Assembly (NCBI GenBank): GCA_002189035.1
Contig: CM007992.1
Location: 3,658,001-3,722,000 of the forward strand
Direction of reading: 5' to 3'
Length of the DNA stretch: 64,000 bases
Source: Utricularia gibba
Taxonomy: Eukaryota; Plantae; Magnoliophyta
Part shown: positions 38,369-49,567 of the stretch, piece by piece
Position numbering within the stretch: the first letter of the stretch is position 1
How the letters are laid out: every line of letters begins with the position of its first letter
The notes under the pieces: model-generated
Databases searched by the model: none
The model's input: the letters and a program-made list of their open reading frames with translations, nothing else
Told to the model about the DNA's origin: nothing
Translations under genes and position numbers: made by a program

Positions 38369-40233
38369 TTATTCGAATTTGTAGAGGCAGGAACCGTCAT
38401 CGCTTCTGGCCGTGGGATCGAAATTTCCGGCTACGGGATCGGTGCAACCTTCCGGCACCGGGACGGGAGCCTGTTGGGCCGCCTTGCCTGCACCCCAACC
38501 GGCAACCACAAAATGGTGCAGATTCGTGAGTTCTCGGGAACAATTGGAAGGAAGGTAAGGTAAGGTAAGCTGCGCCTACCGTAGAAGGTTCCTCTTTCAA
38601 TGGCGTCCTTGTTGGCATCTCCGAGGGCGGCTTCGCTCAAATACTGGTCCGCGAGCTGCACCCGCTTCACATTCTCCTGCTCCTGCACCAGCATGTTGCC
38701 GTATTCCAGAAGCTTCTCCAGCGTCATCCGCGGCTGTTGAAATGTCGGCGGCCCTTCTCTCGAGTTCACGAGCTTTTTCCCGATGTTATCGATGCCGACC
38801 TCGGCGACCCATTTTCTCACCTCGTCGTCGTAGACTCTTGCTCTCAGGGCGCCGAAGAAATCTGTCGATTAACTAGGTGTTTTGATTTTCGAATGAAGTT
38901 ATGGGTGAACCAATTGGGAAGAAGGTGAGAAGGGGTTACCGATGGATTGGCCGGGGAAAGTGTCAACGAGTGTGACAATGGCGGATTCTGGAACATTGTC
39001 CGATCGAAAAATTCCTGTGCAAACCCCGATACGATCTTCTCTGGTAGGCGCCCAATAGAATTTCTCCATACGTCCGTCGCGGATGAGTGGAGCGTAGAGG
39101 GTGGAGAAATCGTTGCCGGTGACGATGATCGGAACCTTAGGATTCTCCTCCTTGTTATACATTCCGGGAGCTGCACGTTGGTCGGATTATCCGCTATATT
39201 CATCAGGGTAGCGTTCACCATCTGGTTGTTCACCGTGTACTGTGTGGTTCCGCCCATGCGCCCTGCACCGGCGTCCAGATCATTGATGAAGAGGCAACAC
39301 ATTTTCCCTTTCTTGATTATGTCCGCTGCCTCCCTGTACCTCTGTCTGATCAACTTCGCCGGTTCGCCAGCGTTACCGCTCTCCAGTTCTCCGGCGCTCA
39401 TCATGATTGGGCTACAAGTTCCAGTTCAGTATATCACAGCAAACTCAGTTCCCTGAATTCATTCCCAGAATTTGAATCAGAGCAAGAGGAGTAGCTGAGG
39501 GTAGCATACTCACTTAATTCCCATCTTTGCAAAAACAAGCTCACACTGGAATGATTTCCCCTGTCCTTTCCCTCCCCAGATACCCAAAATGAGAGGAACC
39601 TGTGATCAAGAAACCAACTTGACAGTATCAGAGAAACTTTGATCCGTCACTCACTCACCATGACTGTAACAAAGGAACCTTGATATTGGCAAGGTCATGT
39701 AGTTCTTGGAAAGATGAACAACGAGTTTGTCCATGAAGGCAGGGGCTATATAATAACCGCCCATTATGTTTTCCATCTGATACGTGCGCAAGCCTTGGCT
39801 GATGTACTCATACGAGCTGAGAATGGCGTCGTGGGTTCCCATTCCAGTTGGGCCTTGGAAGATCGAATCCACCATCCCATATCCTCTACCAATATCCTGC
39901 TGATCATCAGAGATGTCGGTTACCAGCCCCTTCCATCTGTCCGTCTCCGTCTGCTTATCCTCATCGCCATCGGGAACCGCCTCCGCCACCACCCTTAAAC
40001 CGCCGGCGGAGCCTTTGGGCGCGTGCACGAACCTTAAGCTCCCCAAACCGCCACCCAACAAGGATGATTGAGCGCGCAAGGCTACCAAACCCGATCCCCT
40101 TTGCTTCAACTACAACAAAATGGAACTTAGCCATGTTGTCTAGTTACTATTCTGTATAAGCAAAAGGGTGAAAAGACTGGAGCTTTACAGGCACTCCGTT
40201 GACAACTCCGATGGCTGAGACGGCGTTTGACAT
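38369..40233 (-). CDS. RCA: Rubisco activase with alpha-type redox C-terminal extension; two apparent -1 frameshifts
   Basis: Exon 1 [15 protein letters not shown] (40233-40189); [15 protein letters not shown], Walker [54 protein letters not shown]; last exon [39 protein letters not shown]. The frame breaks at about 39687 and about 39167. Confidence 0.93.
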
Positions 40234-41046
40234 TGTCTCTGGAATGGAGTGATCCGATCGAGTCGGAAGATGAAGTTACACGAAGGCGGGCCTGAGACAA
40301 GGTCACATATGTACGAAATGCAGTGCGTCCACACAACTCGGATTGGAGACAGATATTACACTGCACACCTTTTCATTGTATGGATCGAATTGGTGCTTAT
40401 TGGATTAAGGGTTTGTCGGTGATATAAATTGTCGGATTGGATCCGATGGGTCTGGCGATGACCCAAACCCGACCCATTTGAGGAGCCCTTGTAGCATGTA
40501 AAAATAGGTTAAATTCATTATTCGATTTAATCATGATTAATAAAAATTCATATGCAAACTGTTTCCTCGAGATTTGGGCTTATGGTGGGCCATGCTTGTG
40601 GGAAGGGCTGGGGCCCAAATGGATGCATTCACTTGGGCCCATGTAGCCTGGTAGATATGGTCATCATGTCGTGATAATTCGTGTGTAGGGAGGGGGCTGG
40701 TTCGCGGAATTTCAAAGCTTTTCCCACTTTGGAGATGACATCGACGAGATTGGGAGGCGTTAAACTACAAATTTTCATGTTTTGACAGCAGCCCATGTCA
40801 AATTTTTATCGAAGGTGGTTCCTTTTTTTACCAAGGCAGACTTTAGTTTATTGTGAACTGGAAAGGTTACAGCTGTTTCCAAGAAGACCCCTGAAGGCGC
40901 CAGTTCAGCGTGGTTATTCTCTTGATTTGGTCTTCTGCGGGTTTAAGGTGAAAATTCTTCAGGAGAGGTTTTGAGAACCGCCCTGATCTTTCAGCCGAAG
41001 GAATTTTCAGCGAGCTTCTTGAATTGCTGCGGTTCTTCGAATTACG

Positions 41047-43536
41047 ATGATGAGATTGTGGGGGTTGGCGCTTATGCTGTACTTGTTTTGGGGTTGCATG
41101 GTTTCACCGTGTAGAGCTTCAGATGTGCCTGTGGGTTTTCAGCGTTCGGAGGAAGCCTATGTTACTCTTTTATACGGTGATGAATTCCTTCTCGGAGTAC
41201 GGGTTCTTGGGAAGTCAATTCGGGATTCAGGCTCCAAAAAAGATATGGTTGCTCTGGTTTCTGATGGAGTTTCTGATTATGGTAACATGTTGCTTCAGGT
41301 ACTCTTCTGAAAAGATTACTTTTGTTTTGTTGATATGAAGCATGTTCTCATTTGCTTATTCATCATCACGAGGCTGATGGCTGGATTGTGAAGACGATTA
41401 GCTTACTGGAGAATCCCAATGAAGTCCACCCAAAGAGGTTTTGGGGTGTGTACACGAAGCTTAAGATATTCAATATGACGAACTATAGAAAAGGTGATTT
41501 TTGAATGTTTCTGTCAATCCATGGAAATCAGGATAGAGTATGAGCTTTAACGCACTCTTCAGTTACATTTATCCCCGTAAAAGTTAGTTTTTTGGCATGT
41601 TTTGCGCTTTCATTTCTAAATTTTCTGACAGTGGTCTTTCTTGATGCTGATACAATTGTTCTGAAGAACATCGATGATCTTTTTAAATGTCATAAGTTCT
41701 GTGCTACCTTGAGGCACTCTGAAAGACTGAATTCTGGAGTCATGGTTGTTGAACCATCGGAAAAGGTTTTCATGGACATGATGGCCAAAGTTAGGACTCT
41801 GTATTCTTATACAGGAGGTACAGCTCTCTATTAGCTTGATGAGTAGTGTAGCTTTAGATTTAACTGGATGTTATATTGGTGGAAAATCAACTTTTGTGTG
41901 GTGTGCTTGCCTAATTTGTATTCAGATATCTCTGAATTTTAACAGGGGATCAAGGATTTCTAAATTCATATTTTCCCGACTTTGCAAATGCACTTATTTT
42001 CGATCCACATGCAACGTGGGATGAATTGAATTCTAGACCCATACCTGAAATGGAGAGACTATCTACACTGTATAATGCAGATGTTGGACTTTACATGCTT
42101 GCTAATAAGGTATGCCACGCTTCAATAAGATTTGTTTGTGTAAATGGTAAAATTAGTTGGAGTCTGATGTCTCAACTATTGCTTGCTGCTTTCTTTTCCA
42201 GTGGATGGTTAAGGAGGATGAATTGCGTGTTATTCATTATACACTTGGTCCTCTTAAGCCTTGGGATTGGTGGACAAACTGGCTTATTAAACCCGCAGAT
42301 GCCTGGCAGGTAACTTTTCATCAAGGAAAGCTTGAATTTTCGGAAGTTGCACGCTTATGTTTAATTTTTGCGATGCTTCAGAACATTAGGGTAAAGCTTG
42401 AAGCAACCCTTCCGGGAACTGCAGGGGGTCAAACTCCTCAAGTTAAAATCATTGTCACCATTCTTTTTGTAATTCCCCTCATCCTGTTAGTTTTCTGCTA
42501 CCACCGCTCACACCTGCAGGTTAGTACTTTTGGCATTAGGTTTGATCAAAATGTTCTAGGCATCATGTTTATTGCTGTTCCCCATCTGCTCCTATTTCCA
42601 TCAGCTTCGAGCGCTGTTGGATCATACCAGGCACCTGTACTATAAGCTAACAAGTGGTAGTGGGCGGGCTTACTCTTCCGCTAACGGCTCCAATCGACTA
42701 GTATGCAGCGTGTGCTACTTTTACAGTAGAAATGCTTTATTTTCTCAATTTTCATCTTGTTTCTGTGGTCCCTTATCTACGTCTCTGTGTCATAATGCAG
42801 CTTTCAGATGGAGCTCAGAGCAAGGTCCCTGCTTTTCTTGGGCAGTCTCAGTGGTTGTTTCTTTTGTGGCTGCTTTGGTGTCCATTGCACTGTCTTTTAT
42901 GATCATTCCTAGCCAAGTTATGCCATGGACTGGTTTTCTCCTCCTGTATGAATGGACATCCGTAATGTTCTTCCTTCTCTTCGGAACTTACCTGCACGCC
43001 ATCCGGAAGTGGGGGAGGCATGTCGCCGACAAGTCTACATCTGTTGCTTCACGAACTGTCTCTTCAGATCATGATTCTGGGAAAGGTATATGCACCTCTA
43101 CCAAGTGTACTACAATCTCCTTCACTGTATTCTCTCTGATTCATGGCATATTTCATCCCTTCAGGTCCACGTCAAATTTCGTCTTGTGATTCAGCTGCAT
43201 GCTATTATGGGGTAGGGATAGCATCTCTCGCCCTTGCAGTACCTCTTCTGCCTTCCATCCTGGACTCGACGCCATATTCTTAAGGTAGTCTTCTACTTGC
43301 TACCATCCACTTGAATGCTCAAATATCTGCTCCGGATCCAAGAATACTGCTGCTTCCAGATTCTCAATCCTCTGTAACTCGTGCTTATCTGGTTTAACAG
43401 GCTAGGTGTGATGGTAGCAGGAGGCGTTGTCTTTGCCTCATTCTTGACCTACGCATCGGAGACCCTTTCCATACGAGCATTTTGTAGGGGTTATGAAGAC
43501 AGGGACACTCAACGGGTCCGGCATTTCTTGTGCTAG
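41047..43536 (+). CDS. IPUT1: Inositol phosphorylceramide glucuronosyltransferase 1 (GT8, PGSIP6); one apparent -1 frameshift
   Basis: EEAYVTLLYGDEFLLGVRVLGKSIRD, RFWGVYTKLKIFNMT, VFLDADT (DxD), SERLNSGVMVVEP, GDQGFLNS, YNADVGLY, IHYTLGPLKPWDWWT, C-terminal TM helices. The frame breaks at 42840-42842. Confidence 0.92.
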
Positions 43537-43961
43537 TCATTACATGCTGTAGCCCTCCAAGCCTTCTCAGCATGTGCAGGAAAATGGGAAGCGCGAAGGG
43601 CAACCGGGTGGTAGCTGCAGCAATTCGATATCAGACTGCTTGTACTCTCCCCCAAGACACTACTGTCATGGTGGAGAAGAGACATCAGTGCAAAAAAACA
43701 GTGATTGGTGGTGGGGTTTAGTTCAGGATAAGATCAAGAGTGATTTCGTTCTCTAGTTTGGCTTGTGGCGACCAAATGATGAACCCCACTTGCGACGCTT
43801 TTTCTTTTTGTCTCCGGCGATGACTGATTGATGATCAACACTGAAAGTGGAGCCGAGCAGGGAAAGGCATTGCCTGTGCATGAAGAGAACAGGACACGTA
43901 AGCGCCACATTAAATGAATAAAAAATAATTATGTTTTGGTCGTAGGAACGTGGCGGGGTAT

Positions 43962-44072
43962 CACGTGGTCATATTCCGTGACAAGCGGCGTACTGGGCCC
44001 ATGTGCCACGTGGGAGCAACAGGAATATTCCTTTGTAGATGCTTGCTCCTCTAACGCTCTCTTTCTATAAAA
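43962..44072 (+). promoter_or_regulatory. PPCK promoter: two G-boxes and a TATA box
   Basis: CACGTG at 43962-43967 and 44007-44012 (GCCACGTGG), a site II-like TGGGCCCA between them, and TATAAAA at 44066-44072, about 60 bp before the ATG. Confidence 0.6.
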
Positions 44073-44129
44073 AGGGGTTTAAGCTTCAGACTCGGGCATA
44101 TCAACAAACATTTGACGGGCAAAAATTAA

Positions 44130-45045
44130 ATGCGCGATTGCGGAACCCTCGAGCAGAGCTACAAATTGTGCGAAGAGCTGGGACGCGGCCGCTTCGGGGT
44201 CGTCTACCGCTGTTACTCCTCCGCGGCTGAGGAATTCTTCGCCTGTAAGTCTATTCACAAGCCTTCGCTTTCGTTAGATCCGATAGATCGTCGTTGCATC
44301 GACATAGAGCCCAAGATCTTGAGTTTGCTGTCTGGTTGCCCCAATGTTCTGAACCTCCACGCTGTCTACGAGGATGATGAGTATCTCCACTTAGTCACCG
44401 ATCTCTGCGAAGGCGGCGATTTGTACGACCGTCTCTCCTGCGGCGAGCGCTTCTCCGAGGGCGAAGCCGCCGCTGTTCTGAAGCAATTGATGGTCGCAAT
44501 TACTTGTTGCCACCGCCTAGGAGTCGCGCACTGCGATATCAAACCGGATAACATCCTATTTGATTGCAGTGGACGGGTGAAATTGGCTGATTTCGGATCC
44601 GCGCGTCTGTTCGGTGTTTCGGAGATGACTGGGATAGTAGGAACGCCGTACTACGTAGCTCCGGAGGTGCTGAGGGGGTTCGCTTACACAGAGAAAGTTG
44701 ATGTTTGGAGCGCGGGCGTAATTTTGTACATAATGCTCGCCGGCGTTGCTCCGTTCTACGGTGAGGGGCCGGCGGAGATATTCCAGGCTGTTCTCCGTGG
44801 GAATTTGAGATTTCCGCCAAGTATTTTCCGATCTGTGTCACCGGAAGCTAAGGATCTGTTGAGAAAAATGATCTGTAAAGATGTGTCCCGCAGACTCTCC
44901 GCAGAGCAAGTTCTTTGTGAGTGCTCCTTTCTTCAATTCTCTTCCATCATCCGTCTGTCTGTTCTCCCACACTCAGTTCTCAAAATATGAACCTCCTCCA
45001 CTCTCAGCGCATCCATGGCTGACGTCAATGGCCCAAGTCACATAA
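44130..45045 (+). CDS. PPCK: Phosphoenolpyruvate carboxylase kinase (minimal CDPK-related kinase), intron 44917-45007
   Basis: Kinase-only protein: LGRGRFGVVY, FACKSI, DIKPDNILF, DFG, GTPYYVAPEV, DVWSAGVILY, LRGNLRFP; single 3' intron at EQVL|SHPW as in PPCK genes; no EF hands. Confidence 0.9.
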
Positions 45046-45889
45046 AACAGACAGCAAGCGGATGTGATCCGGAAAGATATGCCACATGTGGAGCACAACA
45101 GACCACCTCTCAGATAGCCACCGGGAGGAAGACAGAGCCAAATCCAAATCTCCGAGCCGTTGGATCTACTTTCGGGTGTGCGGACGAGATCACGTTTACT
45201 TCCGAAGTGAAGATTTTGCTGCGTGAGTGTGTTTTGTGTGAATGTGCCATGGGGCTGTGCGTGTTTCTGAATATTTCGTTTGTGATTTTGTTTAGGCGGA
45301 GTGAGAATCCATTTACACTTTTACAATAACTAAACTCCACATTTATTGCTTCTTGCGAGATGTTAAATTGGGGAGGGGTGGGGGCCACCAGAGCCGTACT
45401 TCCGATGCTTCTAGAATCAGGCGTGCAAACTGACGGCTGCTTGGTCAAAAACCTGGACCTTTTTGTTTTGCGTTCTTCCACGTGACCCACATGTGTTACT
45501 GATGATTTATGTGCTTTTTGGATATTATTTTTCAAAACACGTAGCGTAAATAATAAAATGGTGGCTTTGAAAATCTGATATCACAAAAGTGGACCAATCC
45601 ATATGATATTCTCTATCTTATTCATGGTGTGGTTGCATTTCCGAAGTTCTGCCATGGAGGGCATTCTATCTATTCAGTTGTAGCAGACAGGAGCAGGGGA
45701 GGAGTTCCTTCTGGCTGTAAGGCCTCAAAGAGAGGAGAAGAATGAACAAATAAGCAGCATTAAAGAGTGGGGATGAATGAACCGCTGATTCCCCATTGAC
45801 TCCTGCACATGCACAGAGTAAACGTCTGCAATACTAAGTACAAGTTTTTTATCCAACAATCAGAGATTGCAGAAAAAGATTCCTTGGAA

Positions 45890-47541
45890 TTAACCAAGCC
45901 ACTGTTCACATTTCCTTTCGCCACCTCCTCCAACAGAGTGCCTAATGCTTATTTTCTCAGTTGAGTATTTTTGCTGGAGCCACTCGAAAGCATTAACATC
46001 AAGCTTCCCGGATACAGATTTCCCCTGCTTTCTCCAAGTCTGTTGTTCACGGATAGAGCACCAGAGTTTCTCTATAGCATCCCTCTGCCTGGAGGTGAAT
46101 CTTGAAATGTTGTCGAACGCGTGCTTTGATAGAATGTCAATTGCTGTTTGACACCTGCAAATTACATGGCCTATGTAAAAATTGATTGTTGGAGGACTAG
46201 AGGAAGAAACACTGAACTAACCATGGGATTTTGTATCTCTTTGCAGCTATCTCCAAGCAGCAGAGCAAGGCCTCTCTCTGCAGCTTTAGATATATTTTAT
46301 TGTCTTCTTGGTTCTCTAACCTATTCCTGGGTGGCGTTTCCCCGTTTCCATTTGGTTCTTTGCCCCTCAGTGGCTTTGATATCAGGGCATCAAGCCCAAA
46401 GGGGTCAGCCTCTTCAGCATCGCCATCATTTTGAAAGGGTGGGGGTGAAGGTTCTGCTTTCATCAGCTCGTCGCTTGTTGACTCATGTGTAAGTGCAGCT
46501 GATTCTTCCCTATCTTCATCTTCACTAGCAGCTGGAAGAGCAGATATGGCTTCTTTTATTCTCCCAGTTGCCTTTGAAAACTGAACGATAATGAAAGAAA
46601 GTCGAAGTGCTCAGCAACTTAAGTAACCAAAATGGTAAAAAAAAAACCAGAAGCAAACATCAACTCGCTTAATCTTAAAAAAAGAAAAAGAAAAGGCAAG
46701 CCCATCTACAAAATCGTACCACAAAGCTGTCGTCTGTGAAAAGATCATTCGCAAGTACAGCCCTAATTGTCCAGGTTTTCAGCAACGTCTGCTGCTTTTT
46801 GCTAAACACCTGAGCGAGAAACAAATGAATGAAGCAAAAACGAAGATCCTCATGGAGATTTATATGAAAGCTGAAACCTGAATCTCACTTCAATCAAATC
46901 TTGAGTAGCAGAAAACAGTGCATGATAATCTCGACGTAGAGAGGGCTCATTGCAACGCGTCAAAGGCATCATCGCAGCCTCAAGCAATGAAAAGAAATAG
47001 CTGCTTGTTGCTTCCTTGACGCCACCAGCTTCTATTAGCTGTATTGCCAACTTTGAGGCTTTACCAAATTTTGATGGATTCTTCATATGCGATGTAAGCT
47101 TCTGCATAGCCTCAATGACTTGCTTTTCGGAGGCATCAGTTGTTGTTTTAAACCTCAGTCGTTTCTCAGGAGGAGCTGCAACTGTGGAAAAAATGCATTT
47201 ATCTCTTTCCTGTGATCTAGAGCGTAGGTAGAAAATCAAATCTTTACATGACAATTCGATTCTAGAAATGAGGCATGCTAGTAGCCTATACCTTCAGGCT
47301 GCGACTCTGCCGGTGTCTTCGGACGTTTGAGAGCACTCTTTAAAACAGTCGGCGGAGGAGGAAGAGAAGTCATAGAATCCACCTGTATCTTGGAACTTTT
47401 GAGAGCACTCTTTAGAGGGATCGCAGGAAGCTCATGCTTCGACGACAGCTCTGGACCGCTCTTATCTGTTGAATCCTCCACAGTCCTCAAGGATCGCTCC
47501 GAAACCGGGGGAGGCAAATCCTTGAAAAGGTCATCCGCCAT
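45890..47541 (-). CDS. Conserved uncharacterised protein, 5 exons
   Basis: MADDLFKDLPPP...|VAAPPEKRLRFKTTTDASEKQVIEAMQK...|VFSKKQQ...DLFTDDSFV|FSKA...DPFGLDAL...KRYKIPW|CQTAIDIL...KISIRHSVGGGGERKCEQWLG*. All junctions are GT-AG and in frame. Confidence 0.82.
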
Positions 47542-48149
47542 CACTGCCAATCCGTCAAGACTCCCGCGGCGTCGCCGATAGCCTCCAATCCCCGGATAAA
47601 GCCACAGCCAAATTGTCCCCAAATGAGGCTATCTAGGGATTAGAAAGTTTCCAAATATGACTATTTACCGTTCTGCCCTCCAAACAGCAAATATAAATGG
47701 CCTAGAATTTAAAAATTGTATAATCATTTGAATTTTTACAAAAATATTTTAAAAACAATTCTATTATCATATAAAACATATGATTAATTTAATATTTATT
47801 TTATTTTTAAAATAATATAAATACTCAATTTATATTTTATTGGAAATGTACTACCTTTTAAAATTAATATTCAAAAAAATATTAATTGGGTCATTTACTT
47901 CCATGGACACGAAATGAATGTTTAAGACACGGCACTGCACTTTTGTTTTTTAATTAGTTTCCTGCAGTCTCAGTTGTTTGACTTCTGGGATGTGGTTGTC
48001 TTTTTCCTCCATGAAGAGGATGGATATGGAGGAACAGTATATTTTCTCCGCATGATCACGAAACCAAACCGACCTCGGTGAGCATGCCTGCGCTGTGAAC
48101 AGTGAGACCAGAGCTCTTTCCCTGTCTTTGTTCCGTTCCGGCGAGAAAT

Positions 48150-49099
48150 ATGTCGAACAGGTGGTGGACGACCGGCGTTGACTTTTCTTCTTCTTCTTCT
48201 TCGTCGTCGTCGGTGAAACCTGATCTCGGCATATCCATGAGCAGAGCTCTGGGGATTGGGAATCTTCCCTTCTCGTCGGCCATCGTCACCAACCCAGATC
48301 TGACAATCTCCATGAACGGTGAACCGATTCAGGAAGTGGAGACGGAGGATGAGGGCGGAGGCAACAGCGAGGAGCCAAGAGAGGGAGCTGTTGAGTTCCC
48401 CACGCGCCGCGCTAGAGGGCGGCCGCCGGGATCTAAGAACAAACCGAAACCGCCGATATTCATTACGAGAGACAGCCCCAACGCCTTCTGCAGCCATGTT
48501 TTGGAGGTAGCCACAGGGACAGACATCGCTGAGTCAATCGCTCAGTTTGCCAGAAGAAGACAAAAGGGTGTCTGCGTTCTCAGCGCCAATGGAACAGTCG
48601 CCAACGTTTCAATCCGCCAGCCTTCGTCTCCCGGCGCCGTCCTCGCTTTGCCTGGCCGTTATGAGATCCTTTCACTCTCCGGATCCTTCCTCCCCGTGCC
48701 TGCTCCAGGTTCTACCTTTTCTCGGCTTACGCGTATAAAATCCCAAGGTGGTACCTCTTAACATGGCCTCCTCTTCCGTGTCTCTTTATAACAGGTGGCT
48801 CTTCCGGTCTGACGGTGTACCTCGCCGCCGGGCAGGGCCAGGTGGTGGGCGGCAGCGTTGTTGGTTCACTGGTAGCCGTCGGGACAGTCATGGTGATCGC
48901 TTCCACCTTCGCCAACGCTACCTACGACCGTCTTCCCATAGAGGAGGAAGGGGGTGTCGGTGTCGAGGTGGAGACGGTCACCGGCGCCGGGAATCCACCC
49001 CATTTTGAAGCTTACAGTATGCAGAATCTGATGAACAATGGAGGCCCAGCAACCAACGAATCCATCCCTTGGTACCAACACACTCGCCACCATTTTTAG
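48150..49099 (+). CDS. AHL: AT-hook motif nuclear-localised protein, clade A (AHL15-29 type), with an 86-nt intron (48709-48794)
   Basis: MSNRWWT..., type I AT-hook [20 protein letters not shown] domain [11 protein letters not shown]...[23 protein letters not shown] | [21 protein letters not shown]...[10 protein letters not shown]. Confidence 0.9.
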
Positions 49100-49567
49100 T
49101 CCCGACCATCCATGGCTTCAACCTCAAATTCAGGCACAATATCACTAGAATACCAATCTTTATCGCATCACCTTGGAACTAACATTACCTTAGTAACCGT
49201 CTTATCTATCAGAAATGTGTGCTGTTGTAATGACAGTTGCTTCTTACAACTACCTACTGTGATCCACTCCGGGGCGGGCAGTTGACGCCTGCCCCAGGGT
49301 TTCATTCACCTACCCGCGCGCACACTTTATATTGTCAATGCCGGCATTCTTGGCCTATCACAACGTGACACTTGTAGTTTCCACGACCCGTTTCATCTCA
49401 TTTTTTTCTTTAATATTTCAAAATACTTATTAAATTAGTAGCCCTTACAAAATCAATATATTAAACATTAAATAGTTAAAAATCCCTTCAAAATATGTAG
49501 AAAATATTAAAAAAATATTTAGAATTAGAATTACAGCATCAGCAGACGCTGCAGTGGGTCCCGCTGA

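Noticed and set aside
36567-45045. GPAT5-RCA-IPUT1-PPCK as a possible carbon/lipid gene cluster
   Set aside because: Unrelated pathways and compartments; no shared substrate chain or scaffold-plus-tailoring logic. Ordinary neighbourhood is the simpler explanation.
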